From: Candidatus Eiseniibacteriota bacterium | Lineage (GTDB): Bacteria; Eisenbacteria; RBG-16-71-46; JABDJR01 | Assembly (NCBI GenBank): GCA_963768615.1 | Contig: CAVYIE010000005.1 | Coordinates: 343,821 to 407,820, forward strand | Direction: 5' to 3' | DNA length: 64,000 nucleotides | The notes under the pieces: generated by a model | What the model saw: only the letters and a program-made list of their open reading frames with translations | What the model was told of the DNA's origin: nothing | Database searches by the model: none | Part shown: positions 37,313-48,956 of the stretch, in pieces | Layout: every line of letters begins with the position of its first letter | How positions within the stretch are numbered: position 1 is the stretch's first letter | Made by a program: the position numbers and the translations under genes

Positions 37313-38305
37313 TCAGACGTGGTTGCGGAGCATCAGCTCCTTGGGGTGGGGATCGAGGTAGATCTGGCCCAGGAGGTAGGCCTGCTTCCGGTCCCGGGCG
37401 TGGTGGCGGAGTAGGGTCAACGGAACCACCAGGGGGATCAGGCCCCGCCGGTAGTCTTCCACCACCTCCACCAGCTCCCGGCGGGCATCGCCGTCCAGGT
37501 CGCGCTTGAAGTACCCCACCATGTGCTGGAGCACGTTGGTGTGCTTGCGGACGGTGGTGCGGCGGGCCATGCCCTCCATGAAGGTGCGGCCGTAGCGATC
37601 CTTGGCCCGGGCCGCGCCCAGCGCCTTGGCCTCGGCGGTGATCCGTCCCAGCTCCCGGTAGTGCGGGGGGCTGTGGGAGAGGAGGAGCAGCTTGTGGGCG
37701 GTGTGGAAGGCCACCAGCCGCCCCACCGAGTAGCGTTCGGCCAGGAAGTCCTTCCACCGCCGGTAGGCGAAGACCCGCTCGATGAAGTTCTCGCGGAGGA
37801 CGGGATCGTGGAGCCGCCCTTCCTCCTCGGTGGGCAGGAGCGGATGGCGGTCCAGGAGCGCCCGGGCGAAGAGCCCGGCCCCCCCCTTGGCCGGCGCGCC
37901 ACCGGCCGGAGGGTAGACCTTAACCCGCTCCATGCCGCAGCTCGGGGAGTTCTTCTTGAGCACGTACCCGCAGAGGTCCAGGGCGTCCAGCCCCGCCACC
38001 CGCCGCCGGGCCCAGGCGTTCATGGCCTCGGTGTGGTCGGTCCCGGTGCGCGTGCCCACCATCCGCGGCGAGGAGACCGCCCCCTCCAGCCGGACCGGCT
38101 CCCGGGGTATCCCCATGCCCAGCTCCACCTCCGGGCACACCGGCACGTAGGCCACGTAGCGGGCCAGGGTTCCGGTGAGGAAGGGATCGCGCTTGTGGCC
38201 GCCGTCGTAGCGGACCGGTTCCCCGAGCAGGCACTGGGAGATGCCGATCCGGATGGGGGCGAGGGGATCGTCGCGCCGGGACGGGAAAACGGTGGGCTCG
38301 GTCAT
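37313..38305 (-). CDS. DUF523 (TudS-like) plus DUF1722 (YbgA-like) fusion protein
   Basis: N-terminal IRIGISQCLLGEPVRYDGGHK...CPEV...SPSCG (DUF523 Cys ligands). C-terminal region matches the DUF1722 pattern. Confidence 0.75.
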   Translation of the reverse strand: MTEPTVFPSRRDDPLAPIRIGISQCLLGEPVRYDGGHKRDPFLTGTLARYVAYVPVCPEVELGMGIPREPVRLEGAVSSPRMVGTRTGTDHTEAMNAWARRRVAGLDALDLCGYVLKKNSPSCGMERVKVYPPAGGAPAKGGAGLFARALLDRHPLLPTEEEGRLHDPVLRENFIERVFAYRRWKDFLAERYSVGRLVAFHTAHKLLLLSHSPPHYRELGRITAEAKALGAARAKDRYGRTFMEGMARRTTVRKHTNVLQHMVGYFKRDLDGDARRELVEVVEDYRRGLIPLVVPLTLLRHHARDRKQAYLLGQIYLDPHPKELMLRNHV

Positions 38306-38356
38306 TCCGTGTCCGCCGCCCGAGACCCCGGCGCGCGGCCGGGGCCCGGGACGGAA

Positions 38357-40285
<1,929 letters not shown>

Positions 40286-40606
40286 CTATTCTCCGGACCG
40301 TCCGGGCCGCTCCGCGGAGCGCCGGGCCGCCGGTTGCAGACGGATGTCGCGGACGATCGGGGACCCCAGTTTCCGGTTCAGGTCCTGGATCATCCGCTGC
40401 TTCAGGTAGGTCAATTCGTTCATCCAGGTCGGGCTGTCCACCTCGACCACCAGCGTCCCTTCGCGGAAGGAGACTGCCCGGGCCCGGGCCGCCACCCGGT
40501 CGCCGACCACTTCCGGCCAGCCTTCCACCGCCTGCCAGCCGGCCATCGGCTCGGACAGGCGCAGCCTGGCGAGCAGGTCCCGCAGGGGACCGCCGATCCT
40601 ATCCAT
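40286..40606 (-). CDS. DUF721-domain protein (DciA-like), in the position between dnaN and gyrB usually occupied by recF
   Basis: 106 aa. GGAAGGAA RBS. Small basic protein; family assignment rests on the usual dnaN-[DUF721]-gyrB context and length. No recF is present. Confidence 0.6.
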   Translation of the reverse strand: MDRIGGPLRDLLARLRLSEPMAGWQAVEGWPEVVGDRVAARARAVSFREGTLVVEVDSPTWMNELTYLKQRMIQDLNRKLGSPIVRDIRLQPAARRSAERPGRSGE

Positions 40607-40669
40607 GCGTTCCTTCCGCTCATACCGCCGGGCGGGCGCTTCCCATCCCGGAGGGTCTCGGGTTCGCGG

Positions 40670-41782
40670 CTAGCCTTCCGGCAGGCGAAGGGGCATGACC
40701 AGGCAGAGGAGATCCTCCTCCTTGCCCTGCCCGTCGGGGACGAAGATGCCGGGGCTGGTGGGAGTGTTGAGCTGCACCGACACCTTCTCCGAATCCATGG
40801 TCCTGAGCGCCTCCAGCAGGTAGGCCGCGTTGTAGCCCACCGACAGGGGATCCCCCGCGTACTCGACGGCCAGGCTCTCCTGGCCCTCGCCGACGTCCGC
40901 GGTGCTCACGCTCAGTTCCACGCGCTCCGGTTTCAGCGCCAGCTTGATCTGGCGGGTCACGCTGTCCGACAGCACCGCCACCCGCCGCAGGGTGGCGATG
41001 AACTCGTCCCGGGGAACCAGGAACTGCTTCGGGTTCTCCTTGGGAATGACCTGCTCGTAGTTGGGGAAATTGCCGTCGATGAGCCGGGAGTAGACCGTGG
41101 TCGGTCCCATCTCGAACACGGCGAAGTTCTTGCTCACGGCCAGGTTCACCGACTCCTGGCCCGAGGCGAGGCGGACCACCTGGTTCAGGGCCTTGGGAGG
41201 GATGATCAGGTCGCGGCCGTCGAGGCCCTTGAAGTCCCCCTTGAAGGCGGCCTTGGCCAGGCGATGGCCGTCGGTGCCGACCATGCGAAGCTCCCCGCCC
41301 TTGAACTGCAGGAGGGCCCCGGTCAGCATCTGCCGGGTCTCGTCGTTCGACACCGCGTAGGTGGTCCGCTTCACCGCCTTCTCCAGGGTCTCGGTGGGCA
41401 GGACGACCATCTTCTCGGCATCGACCTGGGGTAGCTGGGGGAAGTCCTCGGGATCCAGGCCCACGATGGTGAAGGAGCCGTTCCCGCAGGAGAGCTTCAC
41501 CTTGGCGTCCTTGACCGCGACCTTCACGTCGGCGTCCGGCAACTCCCGCACGATCTCTCCCACCCGCTTGGCGGGGATGGTGATGGAGCCGGTCTCGGTC
41601 ACCTCGGCCTCGCCGCGGGTGCGGATCGAGATGTCCAGGTCGGTCGCGACCAGGGTCAGTCCCTCCTTGTCCGCCTCGATGAGGACGTTGGAGAGAATCG
41701 GCAGGGTGCTCTTGGCCGGGACCGCGCTGACCACGATCTGCAGCAGTTCCTGCAAGGACCCCTTGGAAATGGAGAACTTCAT
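40670..41782 (-). CDS. dnaN: DNA polymerase III beta sliding clamp
   Basis: 370 aa. MKFSISKGSLQELLQIVVSAVPAKSTLPILSNVLIEADKEGLTLVATDLD. Confidence 0.96.
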   Translation of the reverse strand: MKFSISKGSLQELLQIVVSAVPAKSTLPILSNVLIEADKEGLTLVATDLDISIRTRGEAEVTETGSITIPAKRVGEIVRELPDADVKVAVKDAKVKLSCGNGSFTIVGLDPEDFPQLPQVDAEKMVVLPTETLEKAVKRTTYAVSNDETRQMLTGALLQFKGGELRMVGTDGHRLAKAAFKGDFKGLDGRDLIIPPKALNQVVRLASGQESVNLAVSKNFAVFEMGPTTVYSRLIDGNFPNYEQVIPKENPKQFLVPRDEFIATLRRVAVLSDSVTRQIKLALKPERVELSVSTADVGEGQESLAVEYAGDPLSVGYNAAYLLEALRTMDSEKVSVQLNTPTSPGIFVPDGQGKEEDLLCLVMPLRLPEG

Positions 41783-42213
41783 CCTCTTTCCCCTTCAAAT
41801 GTCGTATGGGACGGAGATGTGGCTGCGCCGGCGGGTTCGAAGGCGCTGCGCCCCAAAGAAGTCATTATAGTCTCGCCCTCCGCTCCGCCACAAGACTCAA
41901 CTCACCGGTTAAGCGATTACGATCCAGTTAGTTAGCCAGCGCAAAACCCGTTCGGAAGCCGGATTCCCGGGACCTCTCGCCACCCGCCCTGGGGAGAACT
42001 CCCCGGTCTTCTTCTCTGTAGAGATTCAGGTAGTAGCAGTAGTAGGGGCCGAGAAACGGTGGAAAACCGGGGTCCGGGTCGGCAACGCGTTGCCCGGCTT
42101 CAGGTTCTCGCCTCGGGGGATGTTCACGGTTATCCCCAGCACTCCCGGGTGATCCCCAGTCCGCCGGCGCCGCCGGACTTATCCCCCGGTTGTCCACCGT
42201 CTTTCGGTCCCGC
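41783..42213. promoter_or_regulatory. dnaA-dnaN intergenic region with degenerate DnaA boxes (GTTATCCCC at 42128-42136, TTATCCCCC and TTGTCCACC at 42179-42200); likely dnaN promoter / DnaA autoregulatory sites
   Basis: Box-like 9-mers read from the sequence. A 431-bp gap between two same-strand replication genes. Confidence 0.45.
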
Positions 42214-43566
42214 TCAGGACTGGTTCCGGAGCCGCTCGGAGAGTTCCTCCACCCGGTGCCGGAAATCGGAATCCACCTCCATCATCTCCTTCACCCGGTC
42301 GCAGGCGTAGAGCACGGTGGTGTGGTCGCGGCCGCCGAAGGCCTTGCCGATCTCGGTCAACGGCATCTCGGTCAGGGTACGGCACAGGTACATGGCCACC
42401 TGCCGGGGCACCACGATGGCGTTGGTGCGGCGCTTGCCTTTCAGGGCCTCGACCGACACGTGGAAGTGCTGGGCGACCAGCTTCATGATCCCCGGCGCTT
42501 CGGGACGGTTCTCCTTCTCCCGGCGCATGAAGTCCTGGAGGACCTGGTTGGCCAGTTCCACCGTGATGTCGCTCTTCATGAGGGTGGCGAAGGCCACCAG
42601 GCGGACCAGGGAACCTTCCAGCTCGCGGATGTTGGAGCGCACGTTCTCCGCGATCAGGAGCGCCACGTCCTCGGGAAGGTGGATCCCCTCGATTTCGGCC
42701 TTCTTGCCGAGAATGGCCACCCGGGTTTCCAGGTCCGGGGGCTGGAGATCGGCAACCAGGCCCCAGTGGAACCGGCTGACCAGCCGCTCCTCGAGCATGC
42801 GGATCTCCTTGGGGGGGCGGTCGCTGGTGAGCACGATCTGCTTCCGGGCGTCGTAGAGGGCGTTGAAGGTGTGGAAGAACTCCTCCTGGGTGCTCTCCTT
42901 GCCGGCCAGGAACTGGATGTCGTCGATGAGGAGGAGATCCGCGTTGCGGTACTTGTTCTTGAAATCGAGCTGCTTGGACTCCTGGATGGCCCCGATCATC
43001 TCGTTCATGAACTTCTCGCTGGACACGTAGAAGATGCGGCCGCGGGGATTGCGCAGGAGCATGGCGTTGCCGATGGCCTGCATGAGGTGGGTCTTGCCCA
43101 TGCCCACCCCGCCGTAGAGAAAGAGGGGGTTGTAGGACGTGGCCGGATTCTCGGCCACGGCCATGCAGGCGGCGTGGGCGAGCTGGTTGCTCTTGCCCAC
43201 CACGAAGCTGTCGAAGGTGTACTTGGAATCCACCTGGCTCTGATCCTGGTAGACCCGGACCGGTGCCGGGGTCCGGGGCGCCTGGACGTGCGCCTTGGGC
43301 CGGGCCTCGAGAACGGGATCCACCTGGAATCGGATGGTGAGATCGCTGCCGTAGACCGGGACCGCGGCCCGCCGGAGGACGTCCATGAAGTTCTCCGAGA
43401 GCCAGTCGGTCACGAACTGGTTGGGAACGGCGATGGTGAGCACATCGTCTTCGAGGGAGTGGAAGCTGATGGTCTTGAACCAGGTCTCGTAGGTCTGCTC
43501 CTGGACCCGGGAGCGGACTTCCTGGAGGTAGCGTCTCCAGTCCGGGGGAAGGGGTTCGGTTGCCAT
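42214..43566 (-). CDS. dnaA: Chromosomal replication initiator protein DnaA
   Basis: 450 aa. Walker [11 protein letters not shown], Walker [11 protein letters not shown], sensor/box VII, C-terminal DNA-binding domain ([20 protein letters not shown]). Confidence 0.97.
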   Translation of the reverse strand: MATEPLPPDWRRYLQEVRSRVQEQTYETWFKTISFHSLEDDVLTIAVPNQFVTDWLSENFMDVLRRAAVPVYGSDLTIRFQVDPVLEARPKAHVQAPRTPAPVRVYQDQSQVDSKYTFDSFVVGKSNQLAHAACMAVAENPATSYNPLFLYGGVGMGKTHLMQAIGNAMLLRNPRGRIFYVSSEKFMNEMIGAIQESKQLDFKNKYRNADLLLIDDIQFLAGKESTQEEFFHTFNALYDARKQIVLTSDRPPKEIRMLEERLVSRFHWGLVADLQPPDLETRVAILGKKAEIEGIHLPEDVALLIAENVRSNIRELEGSLVRLVAFATLMKSDITVELANQVLQDFMRREKENRPEAPGIMKLVAQHFHVSVEALKGKRRTNAIVVPRQVAMYLCRTLTEMPLTEIGKAFGGRDHTTVLYACDRVKEMMEVDSDFRHRVEELSERLRNQS

Positions 43567-44233
43567 GTGCAGGGCTCCTTCAAGCTGAGTTATCCACAGC
43601 CCGCAGCGCCAGCCGGAGACGCCGCAAGCGGGACCAATTCCGGGATGTTACGGGCAGGGCGGGACTCCGGACGCAAGCCGACCCGGCCCGAGTGGTTTCC
43701 ACAACTGTGGAAATGTCGCTATTCAGCTGTTCTGTATAGACTTAGGACCTTGGCGGGGGCACTTTCCGCACGGGGTTATCCACAGGAGGGTGAAGCACGG
43801 TGGGGAAGGCACGGCTCCTCCGTAAAACCAACTGTGCCAGCAGCTTCGGACGCCGCTAGCCACGGTCAAGGCCCCGGAATCGAGCGTGCGCGCAGAATAG
43901 CACAGCACCCCCCCCGTCACAAGGCGAAAGCGACCCCCTTGCGAAACGGGTTAAGTGCAATCATGACAAGTCGTTCAATCGGTTCACTCAAGTGAAGAAT
44001 AACCCGAAGCCGGGGCTGTGGAAAACCCGGTGGATGAAGGGGATAAATGACAATTGAGATCCAATTTTATCATGGAATTTACCGGCCGCCGGCAGGGGGC
44101 TCCAAAGGCCTTGACGCCCCCCCCTCCGCCTCGTACCCTCTTCCGTCCCGTTCCGTTCCCGGTACTTCGGTGCCGACGGCCGTCCGCCCCCCGGGCGGGC
44201 CGGATCCACACCTCGATCGAAGGGGGTTGTTCG
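43567..44233. other. Chromosomal origin of replication (oriC): DnaA boxes plus AT-rich DNA-unwinding element
   Basis: TTATCCACA at 43590-43598 and 43767-43775. A palindrome of TTTCCACAA and TGTGGAAAT (TTTCCACAACTGTGGAAA) at 43697-43715. TGTGGAAAA at 44008-44016 and GGATCCACA around 44203. A roughly 40-bp AT-rich stretch (gataaatgacaattgagatccaattttatcatggaattt, 44032-44070), which is an outlier in a roughly 70%-GC genome. Sits between dnaA and rpmH. Confidence 0.8.
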
Positions 44234-44371
44234 TTGAAACGCACCTTTCAGCCGCACAATCGCAGACGGAAGAAGAAGCACGGCTTTCGCGCGCGCATGA
44301 AGACCCGCGGGGGTCGCCTCGTTCTCAAGCGGCGGCGCGCCAAGGGCAGGGCCAGGCTCTCCGCTTCGTGA
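44234..44371 (+). CDS. rpmH: 50S ribosomal protein L34
   Basis: TTG start with GGGGG RBS. (M)[43 protein letters not shown]. Confidence 0.9.
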   Translation: MKRTFQPHNRRRKKKHGFRARMKTRGGRLVLKRRRAKGRARLSAS

Positions 44372-44775
44372 CCCCCGGCGGGGTCGATGGGAAGTCTCAC
44401 GACCGGAGCTTTCGTCCTTCGGACCGGCTCCGTCTGAACAGGGAGTTCCAACGGGTCTACCGCGAAGGCCGCAGCGTTCCCGGCGCGCTCCTCGTCCTGT
44501 TCTACCTCACGGCGCCGGACCTTCCCCGGAAAGCGGGGGTGGTGGCCAGCCGCCGGGTCGGTAACGCGGTCCGGCGCAACCGCGCCAAGCGTCTCCTGCG
44601 GGAAGCCTACCGGCACCTCAAGTGGCGCCTTCCCGAACGCGGGGTCCAGCTGGTGCTGGTGGCCCGCCGCGGATGCGGAGACTCCCACCTGGCCGAGGTG
44701 CAGCACGAACTGACCCAGCTGCTCGCGCGCGCCCGGCTCGTCGAACCCGGCTCCCCCGCCCCCGCCTCGGGTTAG
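44368..44775 (+). CDS. rnpA: Ribonuclease P protein component
   Basis: GTG start overlapping the rpmH stop (GTGA). [23 protein letters not shown]...[14 protein letters not shown] is the RnpA signature region. Confidence 0.85.
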   Translation: MTPGGVDGKSHDRSFRPSDRLRLNREFQRVYREGRSVPGALLVLFYLTAPDLPRKAGVVASRRVGNAVRRNRAKRLLREAYRHLKWRLPERGVQLVLVARRGCGDSHLAEVQHELTQLLARARLVEPGSPAPASG

Positions 44776-44784
44776 GATGTTGCA

Positions 44785-45036
44785 GTGAACGTCCACGTCC
44801 GAACATCATCGTCCCCCACCGCCTGGCCCGCCCGGGTCCTGGTGGGATTGATCCGGATCTACCAGACCGTGGTTTCTCCGGTCTTGCCGCCGTCCTGCCG
44901 GTACACCCCGACCTGCTCCAACTACGCCCGCGAGGCGATCGTGCGCTACGGAGCCCGGCGGGGCGGCTGGATGGCGTTTCGCCGCATCCTGCGGTGCCAC
45001 CCCTTTCATCCGGGAGGCTACGACCCGGTGGAGTAG
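44785..45036 (+). CDS. yidD: Membrane protein insertion efficiency factor YidD
   Basis: [31 protein letters not shown] is the conserved YidD core. GTG start. Confidence 0.85.
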   Translation: MNVHVRTSSSPTAWPARVLVGLIRIYQTVVSPVLPPSCRYTPTCSNYAREAIVRYGARRGGWMAFRRILRCHPFHPGGYDPVE

Positions 45037-45069
45037 GCCGGCGACGGCCCGCTCCGGGCAAGGAGTTTC

Positions 45070-46770
45070 ATGGATCGGCGATTCCTGTTGGCGGTGGTCC
45101 TTTCCGCCGTCGTTCTGATCGTCTTCCAGGTCTGGCTGGCCCCGAAGCCGTCGCCCGAGGAACGGGCGCGGATGGCCGCCCGGGCGGACAGCCTGCGGAC
45201 GGCCCAGGCCTCCTCTTCCGGGGTGAGGCGGGCGGCGCCGGATACCGAGGCCTCGGCGGGGACGATCACCGAGCCCGCCACCCCGGCCGGGACCCCCGAA
45301 GCGGCTCCCGGGACCCTGGCCTCCCTGGCCTCGGAGCCCCAGACGACCACGGTGGAGACTCCCCTCTACCGGGCCGAGTTCACCAACCGGGGTGCTCGCC
45401 TGACCTCCTTCAAGCTCCGGAAGTTCGACGACAAGCACAACCTGGACCGGGGGGACCTGGTCCAGCTGGTGCGGCCCGGCGAAGCCGAGTTCGACGTCCG
45501 GCTGGAGACCGAGTCCGGGCTCCGGGACCTCGGGGACGTGCTTTACGGGCTCCAGGAGGAATCCCTGCCCGGGGGCGGGAAGCGGCTCACATACACCGCC
45601 GGTTCATCCGGGGGGATCCGCGTCACCAAGGTCTACACCCTCCCCGCCGACGGCTACATGATCGACCTCCAGGTCTCGGTGCAGGCCGGGGACCAGGCCA
45701 GCGGCTACCGGCTGGGCTGGGACGGGGGGATCCCCCAGGCCGAGGCCAGCGACAAGCAGTACAAGAGCGCGGCCGGGACCATCGTGCTCCTGGGCAAGGA
45801 GCGGGAGACCGAACGCCCCGGGTCCTTCAAGAAGACCTCCGAGAAGGAGCTGGAGGGGAACGTCCGCTGGGCCGGGGTGCGCAACAAGTACTTCATGGCG
45901 GTGATGATCCCGCCTCCCGAGACCTCCAGCCGGGTGATCGCCACCGGAAGCGCGACCGAGAACCTGACCGGGGCGGAGGTGGCCATGCCGCTCCTCCACG
46001 GTTCCGGCACCCACGACTTCAAGGTCTATCTGGGCCCCATGGAGTACGACCACCTGAAGGCCCTCGGCTACGACCTGGACCAGGCCGTGGACCTGGGCTG
46101 GAAGATCTTCCGGCCCATCTCGAAGCTGCTCCTCACCGTGATGGTCTGGATGTACGGCTTCATCCCCAACTACGGCATCGTGATCATCATCATCTCCGCG
46201 GCCACCAAGTTCCTCTTCTATCCGCTCACGCGGACCAGCGTGAAGAGCATGCGGGCCATGCAGCGGATCCAGCCCGAGATGACGGCGATGAAGGAGAAGT
46301 ACAAGGACGATCCCCAGCGCCAGCAGAAGGAGATGATGGTCCTCTACAAGAAGTACAAGGTGAACCCCATGGGGGGATGCCTGCCCATCGTGGTCCAGAT
46401 GCCGGTCTTCTTCGCCCTCTACGCCGTCCTCTCCAACAGCATCGCCATGCGGGGAGCGGACTTCGTGTGGTGGATCAACGACCTGTCCTCCCCCGACACC
46501 ATCGCCACCGTGGGGGGGCTGGCCATCCACGTGCTTCCCTTCCTCCTCTTCCTGACCACGGTGGCCCAGCAGAAGCTCACCCCCACCGGGGGCGACCCGC
46601 GGCAGAAGATGATCGGCTACATGATGCCGGTGGTCATGCTGTTCATCTTCTATTCCTTCCCCGCCGGGCTGAACCTCTACTGGACCGTGAACAACATCCT
46701 CACCGTCGCCCAGCAGTGGGCCATTCACCGCGAGGAGCCGCTGCCCGCCCCGGCGGCGAGCACCGCCTAG
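45070..46770 (+). CDS. yidC: Membrane protein insertase YidC
   Basis: 566 aa. N-terminal TM, large periplasmic domain, and C-terminal 5-TM core (YGIVIIIISAATKFLFYPLTRTSVKSMRAMQRIQPEMTAMKEKYKDDPQRQQKEMMVLYKKYKVNPMGGCLPIVVQMPVFFALY). Confidence 0.95.
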   Translation: MDRRFLLAVVLSAVVLIVFQVWLAPKPSPEERARMAARADSLRTAQASSSGVRRAAPDTEASAGTITEPATPAGTPEAAPGTLASLASEPQTTTVETPLYRAEFTNRGARLTSFKLRKFDDKHNLDRGDLVQLVRPGEAEFDVRLETESGLRDLGDVLYGLQEESLPGGGKRLTYTAGSSGGIRVTKVYTLPADGYMIDLQVSVQAGDQASGYRLGWDGGIPQAEASDKQYKSAAGTIVLLGKERETERPGSFKKTSEKELEGNVRWAGVRNKYFMAVMIPPPETSSRVIATGSATENLTGAEVAMPLLHGSGTHDFKVYLGPMEYDHLKALGYDLDQAVDLGWKIFRPISKLLLTVMVWMYGFIPNYGIVIIIISAATKFLFYPLTRTSVKSMRAMQRIQPEMTAMKEKYKDDPQRQQKEMMVLYKKYKVNPMGGCLPIVVQMPVFFALYAVLSNSIAMRGADFVWWINDLSSPDTIATVGGLAIHVLPFLLFLTTVAQQKLTPTGGDPRQKMIGYMMPVVMLFIFYSFPAGLNLYWTVNNILTVAQQWAIHREEPLPAPAASTA

Positions 46771-46774
46771 CACC

Positions 46775-47461
46775 ATGCACAGGACCATGATCGACAACAA
46801 CGAACCGACGACCGCACGAAGCTTCGAGGGCAACACGGTGGAGGAGGCGGTGGCCGGGGCCCTCCGGGAACTGGAACTCGCCGCCGACGAGGTGGAGGTG
46901 ACGATCCTGGACCGGGGCTCCAAGGGCTTCCTGGGGCTGGGCTCCCGCCCGGCCCGGGTCCGGGTGGAGAGCCGGTCCCGGATCGGTCCCGCGGTCAAGG
47001 AGATGACCGAGACCCTGCTGCGCCTCATGGGGGTGGCGGCCGAGGTCTCGGTGGGCGATGCGGGAGGCGGGGGCGTGGACGTGGACATCCGGAGCGGCGA
47101 GGCCGACGGCCTCCTCATCGGGAGGAAGGGCGAGACCCTGGCCGCCCTCCAGCACGTGCTGACCCGCATGGCCGGCCGGCGGTTCGGGCCCGGCGGCGGC
47201 CCCATCCGGGTGGACGTGGCCGGATACCGTGCCCGCCGGGAGGAACACCTCCGGGAGCTGGCCCGGGGCCTGGCCGAGCGGGTGGAACGCACCGGCCGGC
47301 GGGCCATGACCGAGCCCCTGACCCCGGCCGAGCGCCGGGTGGTGCATCGGGCCCTGGCCGGGCTGGAGGGCGTGGAGACCCACGCCGCCGGCGCGGGGGT
47401 GAACAAGCGGGTGGTCCTTCTCCCCGCCCGCGGGGGCGGGGATGCCGCCCCGGGGTCCTGA
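46775..47461 (+). CDS. jag: Jag/KhpB RNA-binding protein (Jag_N, KH and R3H domains)
   Basis: FEGNTVEEAVAGALRELELAADEVEVTILDRGSKGFLGLGSRPARVRV (Jag_N) and a C-terminal R3H region (MTEPLTPAERRVVHRAL). Confidence 0.9.
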   Translation: MHRTMIDNNEPTTARSFEGNTVEEAVAGALRELELAADEVEVTILDRGSKGFLGLGSRPARVRVESRSRIGPAVKEMTETLLRLMGVAAEVSVGDAGGGGVDVDIRSGEADGLLIGRKGETLAALQHVLTRMAGRRFGPGGGPIRVDVAGYRARREEHLRELARGLAERVERTGRRAMTEPLTPAERRVVHRALAGLEGVETHAAGAGVNKRVVLLPARGGGDAAPGS

Positions 47462-47497
47462 CCGGGACCGGCCCATGACTCGTACCGGGACCGCGCC

Positions 47498-48880
47498 ATG
47501 ATCCGCTCCTCCCTCCAGGACACGGTGGCCGCCCTGGCCACCCCGCCCGGTGCCGGGGCCCTGGCCGTGGTCCGCCTGAGCGGGCCGGACGCGCTGGCGG
47601 TGGCCGACCGGGTGTTCCGGGGACGCCGCCTCCTGGCCTCGCTCCCGGGGTTCCGGGGCGCCCACGGGCGCGTCCACGACGCCGACGGGCCCGCCGATGA
47701 GGTGGTGGCCTGGGTCTATCGTGCCCCGAAGAGCTTCACCGGCGAGGACCTGGTCGAGTTCGCCTGCCACGGTGGGGCGGTGCCGGCGCGCCGGGTGCTG
47801 GCGGCGCTGGCCGGGGCCGGGGCCCGGCCGGCCGAACCGGGCGAGTTCACCCGGCGGGCGTTCCTCAACGGCCGGATGGACCTGGCCCAGGCCGAGGCGG
47901 TGGCGGAGTTGATCGCCGCCCGGGGGCAGCGGGCCCAGGAGCAGGCGCTGGCCCAGCTCGAGGGTGGGCTGTCCCGGCGGGTCCGGGAGCTGGCGGGACA
48001 GGTCCGGGAGGCGCTGGCCCGGATCGAGGCTCATCTGGATTTCGGGGAGGACGTTCCCGAGGCCCCGGACGCGGCGGCGATCGCCGCCGGGCTGGTCCGG
48101 GCCCGGGCCGGACTCAGCCGCCTGGCCGGAAGCCACGCCCCGGCCCGCCGCATCCGGGACGGAATGACGGTCGCCCTCTGCGGCCGGCCCAACGTGGGGA
48201 AATCCTCCCTCCTGAACGCCCTGGTGGGTTCCGACCGCGCCCTGGTCCACGAAAGCCCGGGCACTACCCGGGACGTGGTGGATGCGGTGGTGGAGTGGGC
48301 GGGGATCCCGGTGCGGCTGGTGGACACCGCGGGACTCCGCGAGTCCCCGGACCCGGTGGAACGGGCGGGGGTGGAGCGCAGCCGCCGGGCCCTGGCCGCG
48401 GCGGACCTGGTTCTCTGGGTGACCGACGCGTCCGAGGCTCCGCGGGCCGAGGACGGGGCCGTGGCCGGGAGCCTGGATTTCACCCGGGTCCACCAGGTGC
48501 TGAACAAGGTCGATCTGGGAGTGGTGCACGAAGGGTGGGTGAACGGTTATTCACCCCGGGGCCGGCACCGGACCTCGGCCCGCACCGGCGAGGGCGTGTC
48601 CGGTCTGGTGGACGCGCTGGCCGGGGAACTCACCGCGGAGGTGGTGGATACCCTGGAGGCGGAGACGGTCTGGGTCACGGCCGAGCGCCATGCCCATCTC
48701 CTGGCCGGCGCGGAAGGGAGCCTCGGGGCGGCGATCGGGGTCCTCGAGGCGGGCGAACCGGTGGAGCTGGCCGCGGCCGATCTGCATCGCGCCCTGGATG
48801 CCCTGGCCGCGGTGACCGGGGACCGGGCCGGGTCGGACCTCCTGGACGAGATCTTCCGCCGCTTCTGCATCGGCAAGTAG
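47498..48880 (+). CDS. mnmE: tRNA modification GTPase MnmE (TrmE)
   Basis: G-domain motifs [25 protein letters not shown]-terminal CIGK. Confidence 0.95.
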   Translation: MIRSSLQDTVAALATPPGAGALAVVRLSGPDALAVADRVFRGRRLLASLPGFRGAHGRVHDADGPADEVVAWVYRAPKSFTGEDLVEFACHGGAVPARRVLAALAGAGARPAEPGEFTRRAFLNGRMDLAQAEAVAELIAARGQRAQEQALAQLEGGLSRRVRELAGQVREALARIEAHLDFGEDVPEAPDAAAIAAGLVRARAGLSRLAGSHAPARRIRDGMTVALCGRPNVGKSSLLNALVGSDRALVHESPGTTRDVVDAVVEWAGIPVRLVDTAGLRESPDPVERAGVERSRRALAAADLVLWVTDASEAPRAEDGAVAGSLDFTRVHQVLNKVDLGVVHEGWVNGYSPRGRHRTSARTGEGVSGLVDALAGELTAEVVDTLEAETVWVTAERHAHLLAGAEGSLGAAIGVLEAGEPVELAAADLHRALDALAAVTGDRAGSDLLDEIFRRFCIGK

Positions 48881-48956
48881 CTCCGGCCCGGGGGCGGGAC
48901 GCCCGCCCGCGGTCTGCCCGGGGCTCATTCCTATAGGTTCTTCGGGGAGTCGGATC

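Noticed and set aside
44054-44371. 105-aa ORF as an N-terminally extended L34
   Set aside because: Only the last 45 codons match the highly conserved L34 sequence. The extension lies over the oriC DUE/DnaA boxes and has no RBS. The TTG at 44234 with a GGGGG RBS gives the canonical 45-aa protein.
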